A stretch of 63,950 bases of DNA, the filler included, from Neolecta irregularis DAH-3 (taxonomy: Eukaryota), in NCBI GenBank assembly GCA_001929475.1. It is 16 parts of 16 records of this genome, joined end to end, with 100 filler letters (N's around TTAATTAATTAA, not from the genome) between each part and the next. Parts side by side here need not be neighbours in the genome. Positions count along the whole stretch, not along the records: positions 23,243 to 26,403 come from LXFE01001219.1; positions 26,504 to 27,581 come from LXFE01001227.1; positions 27,682 to 30,346 come from LXFE01001228.1; positions 30,447 to 32,468 come from LXFE01001234.1; positions 32,569 to 42,521 come from LXFE01001237.1; 11 more parts are not named here. One strand, given 5' to 3'. The position numbers were made by a program, and so were the translations under genes. Every line of letters begins with the position of its first letter. Positions within the stretch are counted from its first letter, which is position 1. A model generated the notes under the pieces. It made no database searches and was not told where the DNA came from. It was given only the letters and a program-made list of their open reading frames with translations. This document shows positions 26,201 through 39,000 of this stretch, in pieces.

Positions 26201-26290
26201 GCTAACCTTATTAAAAAATACTATGGAAATGATGACGCACTATTCCCAAATAGGAAACCATACTACCTACCACCAATACATTCAGTGTTG
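23243..26290 (+). mobile_element. Degenerate Ty3/gypsy LTR retrotransposon pol (RT end, RNase H, integrase), interrupted by ~1-kb insertion
   Basis: FLGHII, FLGLVTYLGKFIP, YASRALNPAETNYPVHEQE, HIPGKENLKADALSR, H..GH..C..C, IDFIGPLPKS, IVTDRDRRF, YHPQTDG, IGPF; multiple stop codons and frameshifts. Confidence 0.95.
24872..25912. mobile_element. Purine-rich insertion splitting the gypsy integrase C-terminal region
   Basis: Flanks rejoin in frame as ..VPQADDFIASL|LQERKIAADSI..; CTA present at both junctions; insert is A/G-rich low complexity. Confidence 0.65.
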
Positions 26291-26502
26291 GCAATAATAT
26301 GCCAATAAATATGATATATTGTATATTGTTTGATATAATATGGGTTTTTTCATATTTTGGCAATATGATATAAGATTTTTCATATTTTGACAATATCAAA
26401 TAGNNNNNNNNNNNNNNNNNNNNNNNNNNNNNNNNNNNNNNNNNNNNTTAATTAATTAANNNNNNNNNNNNNNNNNNNNNNNNNNNNNNNNNNNNNNNNN
26501 NN

Positions 26503-27166
26503 NAGAGACCATTCAGATACTCAAATCGTCGCTTGACGCGAGGAAAACAGCATCTTTTGTAACACTAGCATGGGTAGAAAAACTTGTCTCAACGACGGAT
26601 AAGAAAACTCTCAAGCATGCGGTATATGGCAATATGCATTCAGCCTTACAATCCAGGCTCGTTATTTCCGGCCGGGAGATTACGAAGATTTGATTATCGA
26701 GCGAAATCTGGAAAATATATGCGGATATCCGATATGTTCGAATCAATGCATGGCAAAAGCCCCTCTTTCAACTGCGCGAAAAACTCATATTCGAAAGATA
26801 TTTAATTCAAAGTTTCGGATATCGATGTCACAAAAGAAGATTTTAGATTTAGCTGTGCTGAGACGGTTTTGTTCAAAGGAGTGTTATGGGAAGAGTATGT
26901 ATTACGCGGCGCAGTTATCGGAGGAGCCTATCTGGTTGCGCGATCTGGATGTGCCAGACGGAGAGAGCAAGTATGAGAGGGATATTGTTCTTTTCGAGGA
27001 AGGAGATATGCAAGATGTGCAGGCTGGAATTGAAGGAGGATGCGGGGAGAATGAAGTGCAAGAGCCACCAGATGGGATGAAGATGAAATCAAATGAGGTT
27101 GACGGATTTGCAGCAAGTTTCAGGGCAATGACTGCTAAAGATTGCTATGATGCGTCATTAGGGTAA
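26503..27166 (+). CDS. RTR1: RNA polymerase II CTD phosphatase Rtr1/RPAP2, 5' end cut by gap
   Basis: DYEDLIIERNLENICGYPICSN, FRIS, FCSKECYGKSMYYAAQLSEEPIWLR. Confidence 0.9.
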
Positions 27167-27729
27167 TTGCAGCCCCCACCCGCAGCCTCTGATATCCAAA
27201 ACATTATCCTGCAAAGAACTCTAGAAATAGATGAGCCTGAAAGACAACCTCACAACAAGACAACTTTATTCATCTAGTATCATCAACGTCGTAATCTGTT
27301 GGGTATTAATTGCAATTCAAAATACTTTTAAAAATAACCTGCGCGCCAATTTTTGAAGAAACAAGATTTACGTGCGGACAATTGGGAATACCTATGCATC
27401 AGCCTTTGCAAAAGGTGAGTGAACATTGGGGACAGCCTTGTTGGCATGCACATTTTTCTAGACGTTGAATAGCCTGGGATAACAAGGATTCAATAAATTC
27501 AAATGCTTTGGCGGTAACCCCGCTCCCTGATTTTCCGCCCTTGATATCGTAAACAGTCAATCTACTGGTCAACAAGAAGAGNNNNNNNNNNNNNNNNNNN
27601 NNNNNNNNNNNNNNNNNNNNNNNNNTTAATTAATTAANNNNNNNNNNNNNNNNNNNNNNNNNNNNNNNNNNNNNNNNNNNNATATCCATATCATCTCTCC
27701 CATACCGAACATCTCAATTCACATTCACA

Positions 27730-28182
27730 ATGAAGTTTCTCGGTCTTCTTTTATACCTCCTGATCCATATCGCTCTATGCGCTGCAGATAAATATGACTA
27801 CTTTACATTGTATGTGAACAACGATGCGACCACTTGTGGTCGAGTTGTCCAATCTATTTTAACAGTTGGCCCATCCACAAACGGATGTACAACCCTCTTC
27901 ATTGATTTCCACGGCAACTTGCGCGCCAGTAGCGGTGATCGAAATCTGAATGATCATGTAGCGATATTTAACGGCGACTATTGGGGATTCTTTAGCCCTA
28001 GCACCAAGTCAAGATCTTATTTCTCGGTCAAACCTCTCAATAATAATCACGAACACATTTATCTATACTACCAAGACAAGCGTTTGGACTGGTATCCTGA
28101 TTATCTACGTTCTGATGAATCAATAATTAAACCCTCTTCCAAAGGTCCCAATAGTTGTAACTTACAAGTAGTATATAGTTAA
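27730..28182 (+). CDS. Small secreted protein of unknown function (150 aa)
   Basis: Signal peptide MKFLGLLLYLLIHIALCA; intronless; few Cys; beta-rich pattern. Confidence 0.7.
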   Translation: MKFLGLLLYLLIHIALCAADKYDYFTLYVNNDATTCGRVVQSILTVGPSTNGCTTLFIDFHGNLRASSGDRNLNDHVAIFNGDYWGFFSPSTKSRSYFSVKPLNNNHEHIYLYYQDKRLDWYPDYLRSDESIIKPSSKGPNSCNLQVVYS

Positions 28183-28490
28183 TGAAGTAAGGTCAGCCGT
28201 TGAATGGATTTTACTAATAATATAGTTTTCCTGGCAATATAAAAATTGAGGGAAGAAACAGACGAATCAGCCTGTCGCACATGTTCTGGTTGTAGAGTTT
28301 CGCAGGGGTTCTGATATAAATGAAAAAACAATTCTTAGAAGAGATAATATAACAATGATTCTTGGATTCTTTGCGTGTATGGATAGCGACGTACAAGGGG
28401 GTTAGTGATTGATACGGACTATCTAGATGTCATCCTAACCCTATGTATTTGTCTTTGCATCAAGTGAAGTGGATCTTGCAACGTTTTCTA

Positions 28491-30110
28491 GCCCACCAGA
28501 TACGGCGCGATAATATGTACTCAGGCTTCTGCAATCGAACATCTCATTCGGCGATTCTAATCCCTTGTGTTATTTACAAGCCGGATGGGATTGAAATCAT
28601 TTTACTTTTGCCCATGATTATTAAACGCAGTCTTTGATTCTGGTAACACTATCTTTACCTAGAACAATAGAAAGGTTCTTCCACAAGATTTTACCTGTGC
28701 TAACTAGCCTTTTTCTATTAGGAAAAATAATTTTATAGCTGTCACTGGGCCATTGTAACTAGGGAACGCTCATTCCTTGCACATCCTATAGTCGGCAAGT
28801 AGATTGCACCTCCCTTGACTTGCAGAATAAGTTGACAACAGGATATATCAATGTTAATAGCAAAAACCCTCTTGTAATCAAAGCAAGTTCTCCTAATTTT
28901 ATTTTTCAGAATGTACATGGTTTAGACTGACTGAACTAGACTGATCTACGCTGTTTAGACCAGAGTTACGAACAAGTAACCAAGTCCAAGTCTCTATTCT
29001 ACCATCCCTTATATAAAGTCAATCATTTGGAGCAAAGAGAAGCAGAAAAATTGTACCCGCAGTGTTGAGGATGGGCTTTTGGTAGAAGTATTAAGAACAA
29101 ATTCATTAAAAGTCTTAAACTATCAAGCCTGTCAAGTATATTCAAGCAAGGCTACATTTTTGTACTTGCTGACTTGCCAATTTTTGTCATCCAGACTTAC
29201 TTATCAGCAAATCTGGTTTAGACTGACCAGACCAAGGCCACCGGTCCAGACCCAGGGTCTTGGTCCATCTGGTCCAGTTGACTGGGATCACTGAGTGCTG
29301 CCCATTCGATCCCAACGCTGGTTTCGGACGAATTAGTCTTTGCATCCCTCCTACATATTTAGCCTTTGTTCACCAGCCCTCAAATAACAACCTTGAGAGT
29401 TCTCAACTGCTTCATTGATTATTCGCCAATAACCTACCATCGATCTCGTCGCTGTCTCAGTTGTTTCCCAGTGAATATCTGCCATTACACATTTTATCCA
29501 TTCAGTCTGCCGCAAAATAGCTGTCATGAAGCCTTTCACTGTATTTATGGCGGTGCTCCCTATATTCTTCACACTTATATCTGGTATCTTTTTGCAAATT
29601 AGCAGCCTAATAGATAGGTGCTGTAGTCAAAGATTGTGCCAAAGTTTATTGCAAGGGTACCTTTGGATGCATTTGCACTTCAACATGTTCTGGCAAAAAC
29701 TGTAATCACACATTCTTTTTCTTACTCGTGGACTTACTTTAAAGGCTCTTGTACTCTTTGCATACTTGGTTATTGCCAGACTATAAACCCTTGTTAAGTA
29801 AGATTGATCGAGACTGCATGTGATATTTGTCTTCGTAACGAGCAAAATATACTTTTATTACCCAAATACAAATGGACATTATGTGAGGATATAGACCAAT
29901 ACTATTGTATTTGAATCAGCGGGCATTCTAGTCCACCAGATATGGTGCGATAATGTTTCAAGAATGATCAAGTAGTTCTTTCCAGATTGGTATATATTTA
30001 TGGTCATGTTCTCCCATTAACTGAATGTACTCAGGCTTCTGCAATCGAACTTCTCATTCGCCGATTCCGATCACTTGTGTTATTGACAAGCCGGATGGGA
30101 TTGAAATCAT
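28491..30110 (+). repeat. Imperfect direct duplication (28491-28601 ~ 29931-30110)
   Basis: Shared CCACCAGATA.GG.GCGATAAT and ATGTACTCAGGCTTCTGCAATCGAAC...CAAGCCGGATGGGATTGAAATCATT. Confidence 0.8.
28915..29293. mobile_element. DNA-transposon remnant with subterminal AGAC(C/T) repeats ending in CACTG
   Basis: TGGTTTAGACTGAC repeated; GGTCC/AGACC motifs; terminal GGGATCACTG like other hAT-type ends in the window. Confidence 0.4.
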
Positions 30111-31206
30111 TGCGCAGAGGGAATATCACTACAATTCATGAGGTTAACGTCACATTTCACACCATCTCTGTGAGCGTTCAGGTGTTCCTTTTTGTCGCTC
30201 GTGGACTTAGGTTGGTATGTTGATCGGAAGGCAGCTACTTTGAGTGAAGGTAACTACGTTTATAATCAATTTACACGGTGAAAGTCCCTCTGCTAGTCAG
30301 ACGTGGACCTACTTATATAGTAATTCCTTGAGGCGCGCTTCGCTGCNNNNNNNNNNNNNNNNNNNNNNNNNNNNNNNNNNNNNNNNNNNNTTAATTAATT
30401 AANNNNNNNNNNNNNNNNNNNNNNNNNNNNNNNNNNNNNNNNNNNNTGAGAGTGTTTCAACTCACCTGTAACGTCTTTGAAACCCTCGAGCTCTATTGCT
30501 GAACATAGAAAACTAGAAAGTCCGATGATGAAGAGGAGCTTTGGTAACATTATGTGAGTTATTGTACGGTGCGTGTTGTGTATAACGTGGAGACTTTTGT
30601 TGCGGCTCGAATATAAGGCGCTAATTGAAGAAAAGTATTTTGCACCTCATGCCCTTAAATTCTTTTTCGTATGAATCCAATGGTATGCCATTCCCCTTAA
30701 CTGCAAGTCTTAGACGGATAATGGTTGAGTTGAGGGTCTGTGCATAAACTGGTTAAGGGTGAAGGCAGATCGGGTATATATAGGACTGGACTTGGATAGA
30801 GAAAGGGAAATACAGTCGGACTTGCTTATAATGAATGTGGTGTTCAAGGGTGTCAGTTAGTTATAAGTCGGATTCGTTCTTTCATGATAGAACAACACCC
30901 ATACTAATTAATTTTGGAAACCATTTGGGTTCGTTATAAGGATGAATTCGTTGTATGGAGGTAGCCAGGTTCGGCGTAATTAGTCTTTATGACATACAGA
31001 TAATGAACAGCTCATTTCCGTTCAGTTTTCTAATTTCTTCAACATTTGACAAACAACTGGTTGCGAAAGAGCGATGGTGGAAGAACATATGTTCTTACAA
31101 AGCACGTGGTAATGTTATCAATTAACGGTCATTAAAGGAGCTATATATTATTGAAGGATCATGTATAGCTAGCCGAGCACACTTACCTTGGTTAGGTATA
31201 TTCATG

Positions 31207-31350
31207 CAGAGTTGCGGATGGGCTGTGGGCTTAGCCCGGGCATATCACGTGATCTCAGAGCTCCACTGCCCTCTTCCTCTATGCTGTCAAACTCTGCACT
31301 GCAAAGCTCCTTTGCCGGCATATGCACAGCCTTGCCTGCCTCGCCCACTG
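31207..31350 (+). mobile_element. Terminal inverted repeat of a hAT-like non-autonomous element (related terminus at 62891-62926)
   Basis: CAGAGTTGCGGATGGGCTGTGGGCTTAGCCCGG matches the reverse complement of 62891-62926 (CAGTGATGTGGATGGGCCATGGGCTTAGCCCGG). Confidence 0.6.
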
Positions 31351-31688
31351 TAAGCTATGCACTTATAAGTACGATAAGACCAAGTGTTATAACTGGCCTA
31401 AGTATTTGTACTTGGCTAGGAATATCTAACTTCCGCCTTTGTATACTTCCCGTCAAGTCACCTTGCCGTATTGGTAAAATATACCCAAAGGGTTACCAAA
31501 GTTCATATTTTAACAATATATTCTGATTCACCTGTAAAATCACGAGTTGTATAAATTTAATAAAACTCGCGATTTACAACTTGATTAGAAATACTTTCAA
31601 AATTGAAACGTCTACTGACCAAAAACTCACTTTCAACACATAAAATTCCGTTTCAAAAAGCCTAGCACATCTGATCTCATAAAATACA

Positions 31689-32468
31689 TCAAAGAATTAT
31701 TTCTGTTATGACTGAGATGTCTGCAAACTTTTTCGAATGCAATCTCGTGTTCAACCCTGAAAATATTCGAGATCTCCCGTACTTTTTTCCATAAATGCGG
31801 GAGAGCATAGCTGTTACAAGGTCTCGATAAAATGTCAACCCAGATGGGCTAGGAAAATTATAGTCAATCAAACCCAATTCAGGTTCAATAAGTGACTGAA
31901 AAACGTTGACCAACACCTGAATAGCTTGCCATTGCTCGCTGTGGCCGGTTTTATATTTAAGGCTCGTGAGGTACGGCCTGGTCGTCTTCAGTTTCATTGC
32001 TTGTTGAAAGAGGTCCACAGATTTCTTTTGGTGCACTCTTCCATTGTCGCTTTCCATTTTCCACAAACGTACCATAACTCCTGAATCTTCTTCGGACTTT
32101 GGCTGGTCTCGAACCATTGCATAACGATGAGGCCCGAATGAAGCGACGAGTATGTGTATATCCTCGTTATCAATGAAAAGTACCTTTTCAATTGGATCGT
32201 AAATAGTTGTTGTGCCTCGACGAATATGCGGACAAAATATATCAAGAAAAGTCAACAAAATGGTGGCAAACGATTCTGACGTTTCATTTTCCGTTTTTTC
32301 TGAATATTCTTCCCAAGATTTGACACCCTCCAATACTTTCTTGTCGGAAAATGCCTCAAGTTCAGTAATTGGTCTCTGGGACTCGGAAATATCCCCCACA
32401 GAACTCCATTTCTTGAAATTGATTGCGATTGCTGGTTCACTATACATGGCAGTTTTGCAAGCTCTTAT
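31689..32468 (-). CDS. Uncharacterised protein, 5' end cut by gap; apparent paralog of the domain at 42622-42859
   Basis: ORF open to the contig edge; IRACKTAMYSEPAIAINFKKW aligns with LTVCQTAIHANRPRALNFKKW. Confidence 0.6.
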   Translation of the reverse strand: MRACKTAMYSEPAIAINFKKWSSVGDISESQRPITELEAFSDKKVLEGVKSWEEYSEKTENETSESFATILLTFLDIFCPHIRRGTTTIYDPIEKVLFIDNEDIHILVASFGPHRYAMVRDQPKSEEDSGVMVRLWKMESDNGRVHQKKSVDLFQQAMKLKTTRPYLTSLKYKTGHSEQWQAIQVLVNVFQSLIEPELGLIDYNFPSPSGLTFYRDLVTAMLSRIYGKKYGRSRIFSGLNTRLHSKKFADISVITEIIL

Positions 32469-32568
32469 NNNNNNNNNNNNNNNNNNNNNNNNNNNNNNNN
32501 NNNNNNNNNNNNTTAATTAATTAANNNNNNNNNNNNNNNNNNNNNNNNNNNNNNNNNNNNNNNNNNNN

Positions 32569-32632
32569 GTTCAGTCACTCAGGCTAGTATAATAAACCTG
32601 GTCTTATTCGAACTCGAGCTTCAACACTTACA
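32569..32632 (+). mobile_element. Probable LTR terminus (..AATAAA..CTTACA); same sequence inverted at 45467-45530
   Basis: 64-bp near-identical inverted copy at another contig end; TG/CA boundary; AATAAA. Confidence 0.65.
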
Positions 32633-33060
32633 GAAACAGTACTTACTAGAGTTATCGAATTAGTTCGCTATGAAGTAGACTTGGAACGATCGTCCATTCA
32701 GGAACATAACGAGAAAAGTCTATAAAGACCGTTCAGTGTAGTTGCAATGTTTCTCTTAAGGAGATTCATCTTCACAAAATCGTATGATACGGGACCTCTT
32801 TTTGGCCCCAACTCAAGTCCTAGTGTCTTGATCGTCAGCTATTAGCCCAATCTGGAATACCTGAAAAGCACGCTAACTATGATTCAACGTGTTTTGTTTT
32901 CACAAACTTTCTTCACCTTCAACAAAATCTTTCCTCAGAAACCATAGATTCAAATTAGGATTTCCTAAACTCGGGTGTCGAAATAGAAGTGGCATCGCCA
33001 CCAGACACTAGAACTATTGCCATTTCTTCACTGGAATCATCGATTATCTACACAATTATT

Positions 33061-36000
33061 ATGCCTAACTCTTCTTCAGAGTGCTCCCAACCCACGAACT
33101 TGAGTCGAAGCTCTTCACAGACCCCTATTATGGGAAGGTCGAGAGGACAGTCAAGGATACCAAGACCTTCAATCAATCGTATGCTCACTACCGAAGATCA
33201 GCCAACAACGAAACATGATTCTTGTTTCCATCAGGTAGAAAATATTCTAAAATACCTACCATAGCTATGCTGATAGACTATGTGGAAGGTTTTTGCCCAT
33301 TCAATCTCCATGGAGAACAATGTGGAACCAGATTTCTTACGGCCGAGAGACACATCAAATATAGGAGGCTGTGTGCCATTATCCCAGTCTACCAACAAAG
33401 TTATAACAATCGGTCAGCCCCTAGCTACTCATTCAGGATGGAATAGTCAGTACCGGAATTCAGCCTCTAGCCCTTCATGCATTTCAATATCACAAACGCA
33501 AACTGTTCTTGGTCCAGCATCCCAGTCTTTGATTAATACACCCGTCTCCGAGAACCTTCAAACTCGTGTATCAATCCCGGGCTCGGAAATTTTTCGCTCA
33601 TCAGCCACTCATGCAGATATGCCTGCACTTGCTCAGCTGATCGGGAATTCTTCAGCCAGTAAACACAGAATATCACCAAACTTTATGGCGAAGGCCGACC
33701 GAAAGAAATTGCATCTGATGGAGGCTTTGGGGATTTCCCCTGTTCAGTTCCTCCTTACTGAAACCGCGGACGGAACTAAAACAAGCATAAATGCAGATGA
33801 AATGTTTGTGGGCGCTAATGTGAGTTCGCTCTTTGCTTAAATCACTTATCGGCAAAGCCCGGGTTTTCAAGGTCAAGAGACTTCACGGATTTGTATATGA
33901 AAGGGACTCAAGATCGGGTCTACAAAGACATCTCAGACAGCCATAATGACTTCCTTGGAAGAGTCTCTCCACAAGAGCTCGAGCCCGAAGCTCCGGATCA
34001 AGAAGGCTTGTGTCGTCGGGTTTCAGAGGGCTCTGCACTCGCACCTGACTTGGGATTAGCCAGAATAGCGGTTACTAGAGCGGTTTCCAAAGCACCAATC
34101 GTGCTCTCTGTATCCGAGAACACAAAAGAGCAGGCTCTATTCGATTCCACAGGTTCTTATGGCAGCCATATACCTAATGGAACGACCGTACATCATGATT
34201 CTTTTAATTTGAGCTGATAAAATAGGCAGATTTTAGTCCTGAGGTTTGTCACCTTCAGGATGATAATAATCATTCACATGATGAGAACGATTCACCAGCT
34301 AAAGTGATCAAATACCCATATGGTTTAAGCTCATCGTTCCAGGTCGGTAATGGAGTCAGGGCCCGTCTGTTAGAAGCACGACGCCCTATCCCATCTAGTA
34401 CTTCAAATAATCCTCAAACGGAGCTTGAATCTGAACCTTGTTCGGACAATCTTCTCATTAGTGAAATGCGACATATTCTTAGTCCTTCGCCCGAAGGCGA
34501 GAGATCTGATTCAACATGTTCAAGGTCTTCTCGAAAAACGCAGCCTAATCGTTTCATCGTAGAAGAGTTTAAATTTGATGTTAGATCGACGCCATGTTCC
34601 AGTAAAACCTCTCCTGCCAGTTCTTGCGGAAGCAACACGCCACTTTCAATTTTCGAAGAAAAGGAAGGATTCTCATCCGGCCTTAACGTTTTGAATCTAG
34701 GTCTCGTAGAAAGCTTGGGATCGGGATCCGATTTTCCTGTTCCAGTTGTTCCAGTAACAGACAGATACACTGTCATCGATCAATCGTCTAGCTGGCCAAT
34801 TGGCAGTACCTCTTCACAGGGTATTTCCAACTCTAGAATCCATCCGCACACTTCATCGTCCGTACAAAAGATTACACATGGAATGACTGAATTTCAAAAA
34901 CCTACAGAGTACACACCGATCACGTCTATGGACGAGTTTCCTTGCATGTACAAAGCTGGCAAGGCTACCAACCCAGCAAAACGGAAATCTATTGTTCTCA
35001 ATGCGGAACAGTCTCGATATATGACTAACGCGAGAGATAATACCGTGGATTCCCTCCATGCATCTGAAGTATTTCAATCATTACATATGGCCTCTTATGA
35101 TTGTAGCAGTCAACTCAGGTCCCTGCTAGAGCGCCCGCGGTGCATGATGGAGTATCCAAAATCCCTCCTGAATGTTACAGTTGCGGTTCAAAAATATTAT
35201 TGAAAGAGAAAGCTTGTTCCAAAAACCAACCTCCTCTCTCCGAATCCAAGCCAAAGGGTGATGAGCCTCTATCAGATCTCAAACCTACTCTCGGAGTTGA
35301 GAAATTCAGTTATGAGAAATGGCTACCTTCTCATACTCAAAGTTCTATTGGCGAAGGCAATGCGAACTTCGGCAAATCTCGAGTTCCTGTCGTCCCCACA
35401 GATAGCAAGAAGACCAGGAATCGCCACAAAGGCCTAACTATACATGCTGGTGAAGACACCTACGATTTAATGTCCGAGTCTAACGAAACTGCTGGCTCGT
35501 ATCCACGACCCATTGACCCCCGGGTACACAAAAATGCTGGATTTCAACATGAGAAGAATGTTGACCAAAAAGATTTCTCACAGGAAGGAGGCAAACAGAG
35601 TGAAACTTTCCTTAGAAATGCTGAATCAGCTGCTACAGTCGGTATTGCTATTTTGCCTAGCTCAACCGAAGATCTACCTGTCGCCCTCCAAGTTCCTCCG
35701 ACATTTATTCAAGATTCCTCACCGATGGGAGATATTTCGGAATCTGACTATTCACTGACCGAGATTGTCGGTAATTCTTCAACTGGAACAGAAGAGGATG
35801 GAACGCTTGTCGCCAGAGAGGGAACAATACTTAATAATGCGCACACATTCGAGCAGGAGATTCTACATCAAAAGGTCAAAAAAAGCAGAAAAGTCGATGA
35901 GATACCACCTATGAGTTTATCCCATCAAGCGAATACAAAACCGGCGGCCGTCATCTTTTCATTAGCTACATCACATAAAAAGGCTAGAAACCCGAACAAG

Positions 36001-39000
36001 CTTCACACTTCGCCTGAGGAGAAATTCTCGACGCCTTTAGCTCATAATCGTATACCGTTCAATAGAGAGGTCCAGGATGAATCAATGGTATGGGAACTAA
36101 ATCCTTTTGACCGGCAGGTCACTCCGTCGTTTAATGAAGAGAACAAAACCACTCATTTAAAATCCTCAAATTTGGTTCCATTTGAAGACGAACATTCTGT
36201 TGATCAAGAATTTGTCGAAGCTCCTGATCATCTGGATAGTATCGACCGCTCTATGGAGTTGAGCACCAAATCGAAATTTGAATGCAGCAGTCAAAGTCAA
36301 ACGATCCTCCAAGATAGTTCTTTCGAAAGTTCTGTCACAGGGGGAATAAACTCGTCAGCTTCCAATACTTTTGAAGTATCCCGTCCCCTCTTGAACGTTG
36401 AACCTGTATTTCATGGTGTCGAGCCCGAAAGTCGCTCCAGTAATAATTCTGGCCATATATCTAAAATATCTTTGTTTCAATCATCTTCCCATATAAATTC
36501 GTTTGCACACCTTGATAAATCACCGAACGAAAAAGCAAAATTGCGCAAACTTTCCGAAGACAAAGGCGTTTCAAATCGAGATAGCAATAATACCAGTGCA
36601 GGTGCCAGGCCAGTTTTGGCCGAACCTAACAATTTTTCTTCGTTTCTCGAACACAATCACCCTAATATTGAGAACAGAGACTCCAAAGAATTCCTAAATG
36701 AAAAGAAAACTGATCACAAGAATAAATTCACTCAAGAAACTTCTGACAAATCACTAAACAGTGAGCCCACGGCTTTGGAGAGACTGGGATTAGTAAATCG
36801 AAAATTCCGCATTCCTTCAATAGACGGGCGAGTGAGAAGCGAAATCAATCGTCTTGAATCTACAATGGCAGCTGAGCAGTTTGAGGAGTTGTCAACATCA
36901 AATTTCGACAATTCATCGCATGTTCGAACAGAATTGAATCAAACTAATATTTTAAGAGAGGGCACCACATCCATTGATAATAAGTGCTTCCATAAGATCT
37001 CATATAAAGCTCAAGGTCTTCTAACAGAGCCGTTACCAGCTTTACCTACAAATCTCGAAAGCCCCACAAATCCTGCTTCTCCGACCCCAAATTTGCTTCG
37101 AATCAAGAATTCTCTAGTTGATAGATGCTATTTAAAGAATATAGAGGACAAATCTTCGCATCCCGGGCCTCTGAACTCACAGAAAGCTCTTCGCGTTCCT
37201 TGTACGGATCATTCAACTAGTCTTGATGAAATCCTGCTAAATCAGCAATTCAGACAGGCGAGTGGTCCGATGAATAGTAGTTTATCGGCAGTATCTGACG
37301 GAGTTTCTGTGGATCCTTTGAGAAGATTTTCAGCTGTCAAACATTCGTCTAAAGACAACAGCACATGTGGGCCAAAGGAAGCCTTGGAGCGATCTTATTC
37401 CAAGGTCAAAAATGATCAATTCCTTCAAACTCAAAATGGTATAATGGAGAATGCCAATTTTGAAGCCACAAACCTGAGAGCTTCCCCAGTCCAAGATCCA
37501 TTATATCGTACAGCTCGTCCCATTTTCCAGCGGAAATTCCAGAGGTATGACCATATAGACCCTGGATTTTCGCCTTTGCATATCGATTGTGGAACGAAAA
37601 CCGAAGCAAGTTCAACAAAACAGGGATCTATTCTACCCTTTCAGAAAGCTCCATTTCGATACGAGTGGTCAAGAAATACTCATAATCCATTCCCTCCAGA
37701 GTCTTCAGATTCACAGCAAAAGGCTTCATTGCAGCAATCTGTTGAACAAGGAACCAACTTCCAACATGGTGTTCGTTATAAACCAACCAACCCACATTCT
37801 GTTGAAGCATCTACATATGATGTAACAGATGTACGAAATCCCCGTCTTTCTGAACAAAATCTTGGCCCTTCAACATTGCCACTGGACATGAACCTTCCTC
37901 GAAGGCGAAAGAAATTCGCTTCTGCCGAATTTCCAGCGAGGAGCGACCACGGAACAGTTTCGATAGCCAGACGTGGCCGGCGCGCTTCCCTGTATCTCGC
38001 CAAATACAAAGCTTTTGACTAACAAACTCTAGTGACAATGTCCCTTCTAATCAAGCCAAGCTTATAATTAGTGATGGTACGTCCTTTGAGATTCTTTTCC
38101 AGTTCTGAATTCTGAGGTGGTCGTCAATTGAATCAGCAGCAGGCTCGCAACAGATTTCTTACAAGAGATAAATATGGCCATTCGCAGTGGAATACGAAAT
38201 CGAAAACAAACATGCCAAATAAATCACCTCGCCATTATGATGACGAAGATAAACGTCAACGACCTCTACTAATTGGAATTTCTAGAGAGATGAATGAGGC
38301 TGTCCCTCTCATCTTAAGAACTGCTTCTGATAGGGGTAAAAGAGAGACTAGAGCAACTTCTGATGTTGTAATTAAAAGATCTCAGAGCTATCCTTATATA
38401 CAAGACCATAGAGAGAAACAACCACCGAAATCTAGCAGAACCTACCAGATTCCACTCACGAAGACCCAGCAAAATGGATTTGTTGTTCAGAGCTCCGTAC
38501 CGGGTATAATTTCCACAACGAAAGACATTCCGAGGACGAAAAGCAGGAAATCCAATCCGCCAATCCATGTCGTCTCACGAACACATCGATCAGGTCATTT
38601 TCTTAGATCTAGAAAAAGGCCTGTAGAAATAATGACTTCATTACCAATTCTTCGCAAAGGATCTCGGATCATTGTAACGAATCGACCTGACCTTGACCAT
38701 GACGACTCTGCCTGGGAAGACCAGCCAGTTGACCAGGATTCAGAACCTTTGGAGAATAGCCTAATCAAAAGAACAGTCCCTATGAACCGTTCACTTTGTT
38801 CTACGCGCAGTACCTCCACGCGAAGCCGTGCCGCTTTATCAGGAAATCTTAGTCGACATGTCAGTCGACATGCCAGTCGTACTAGGGCTTATTCTAGCAA
38901 TTTTGGAAAGAAAAGCGCACCTTTTCTAGCCAACGCGAATCCAACCGAAACTCCTATTAAGCGCATCATCTCGAATAGACCGAATGAGAAACACGACGAT

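Noticed and set aside
30700..31100. Possible decayed secreted-protein gene on the minus strand (MFF..FATSCLSNVEEIRK)
   Set aside because: Short, no convincing signal peptide without assuming frameshifts, and no recognisable homology.
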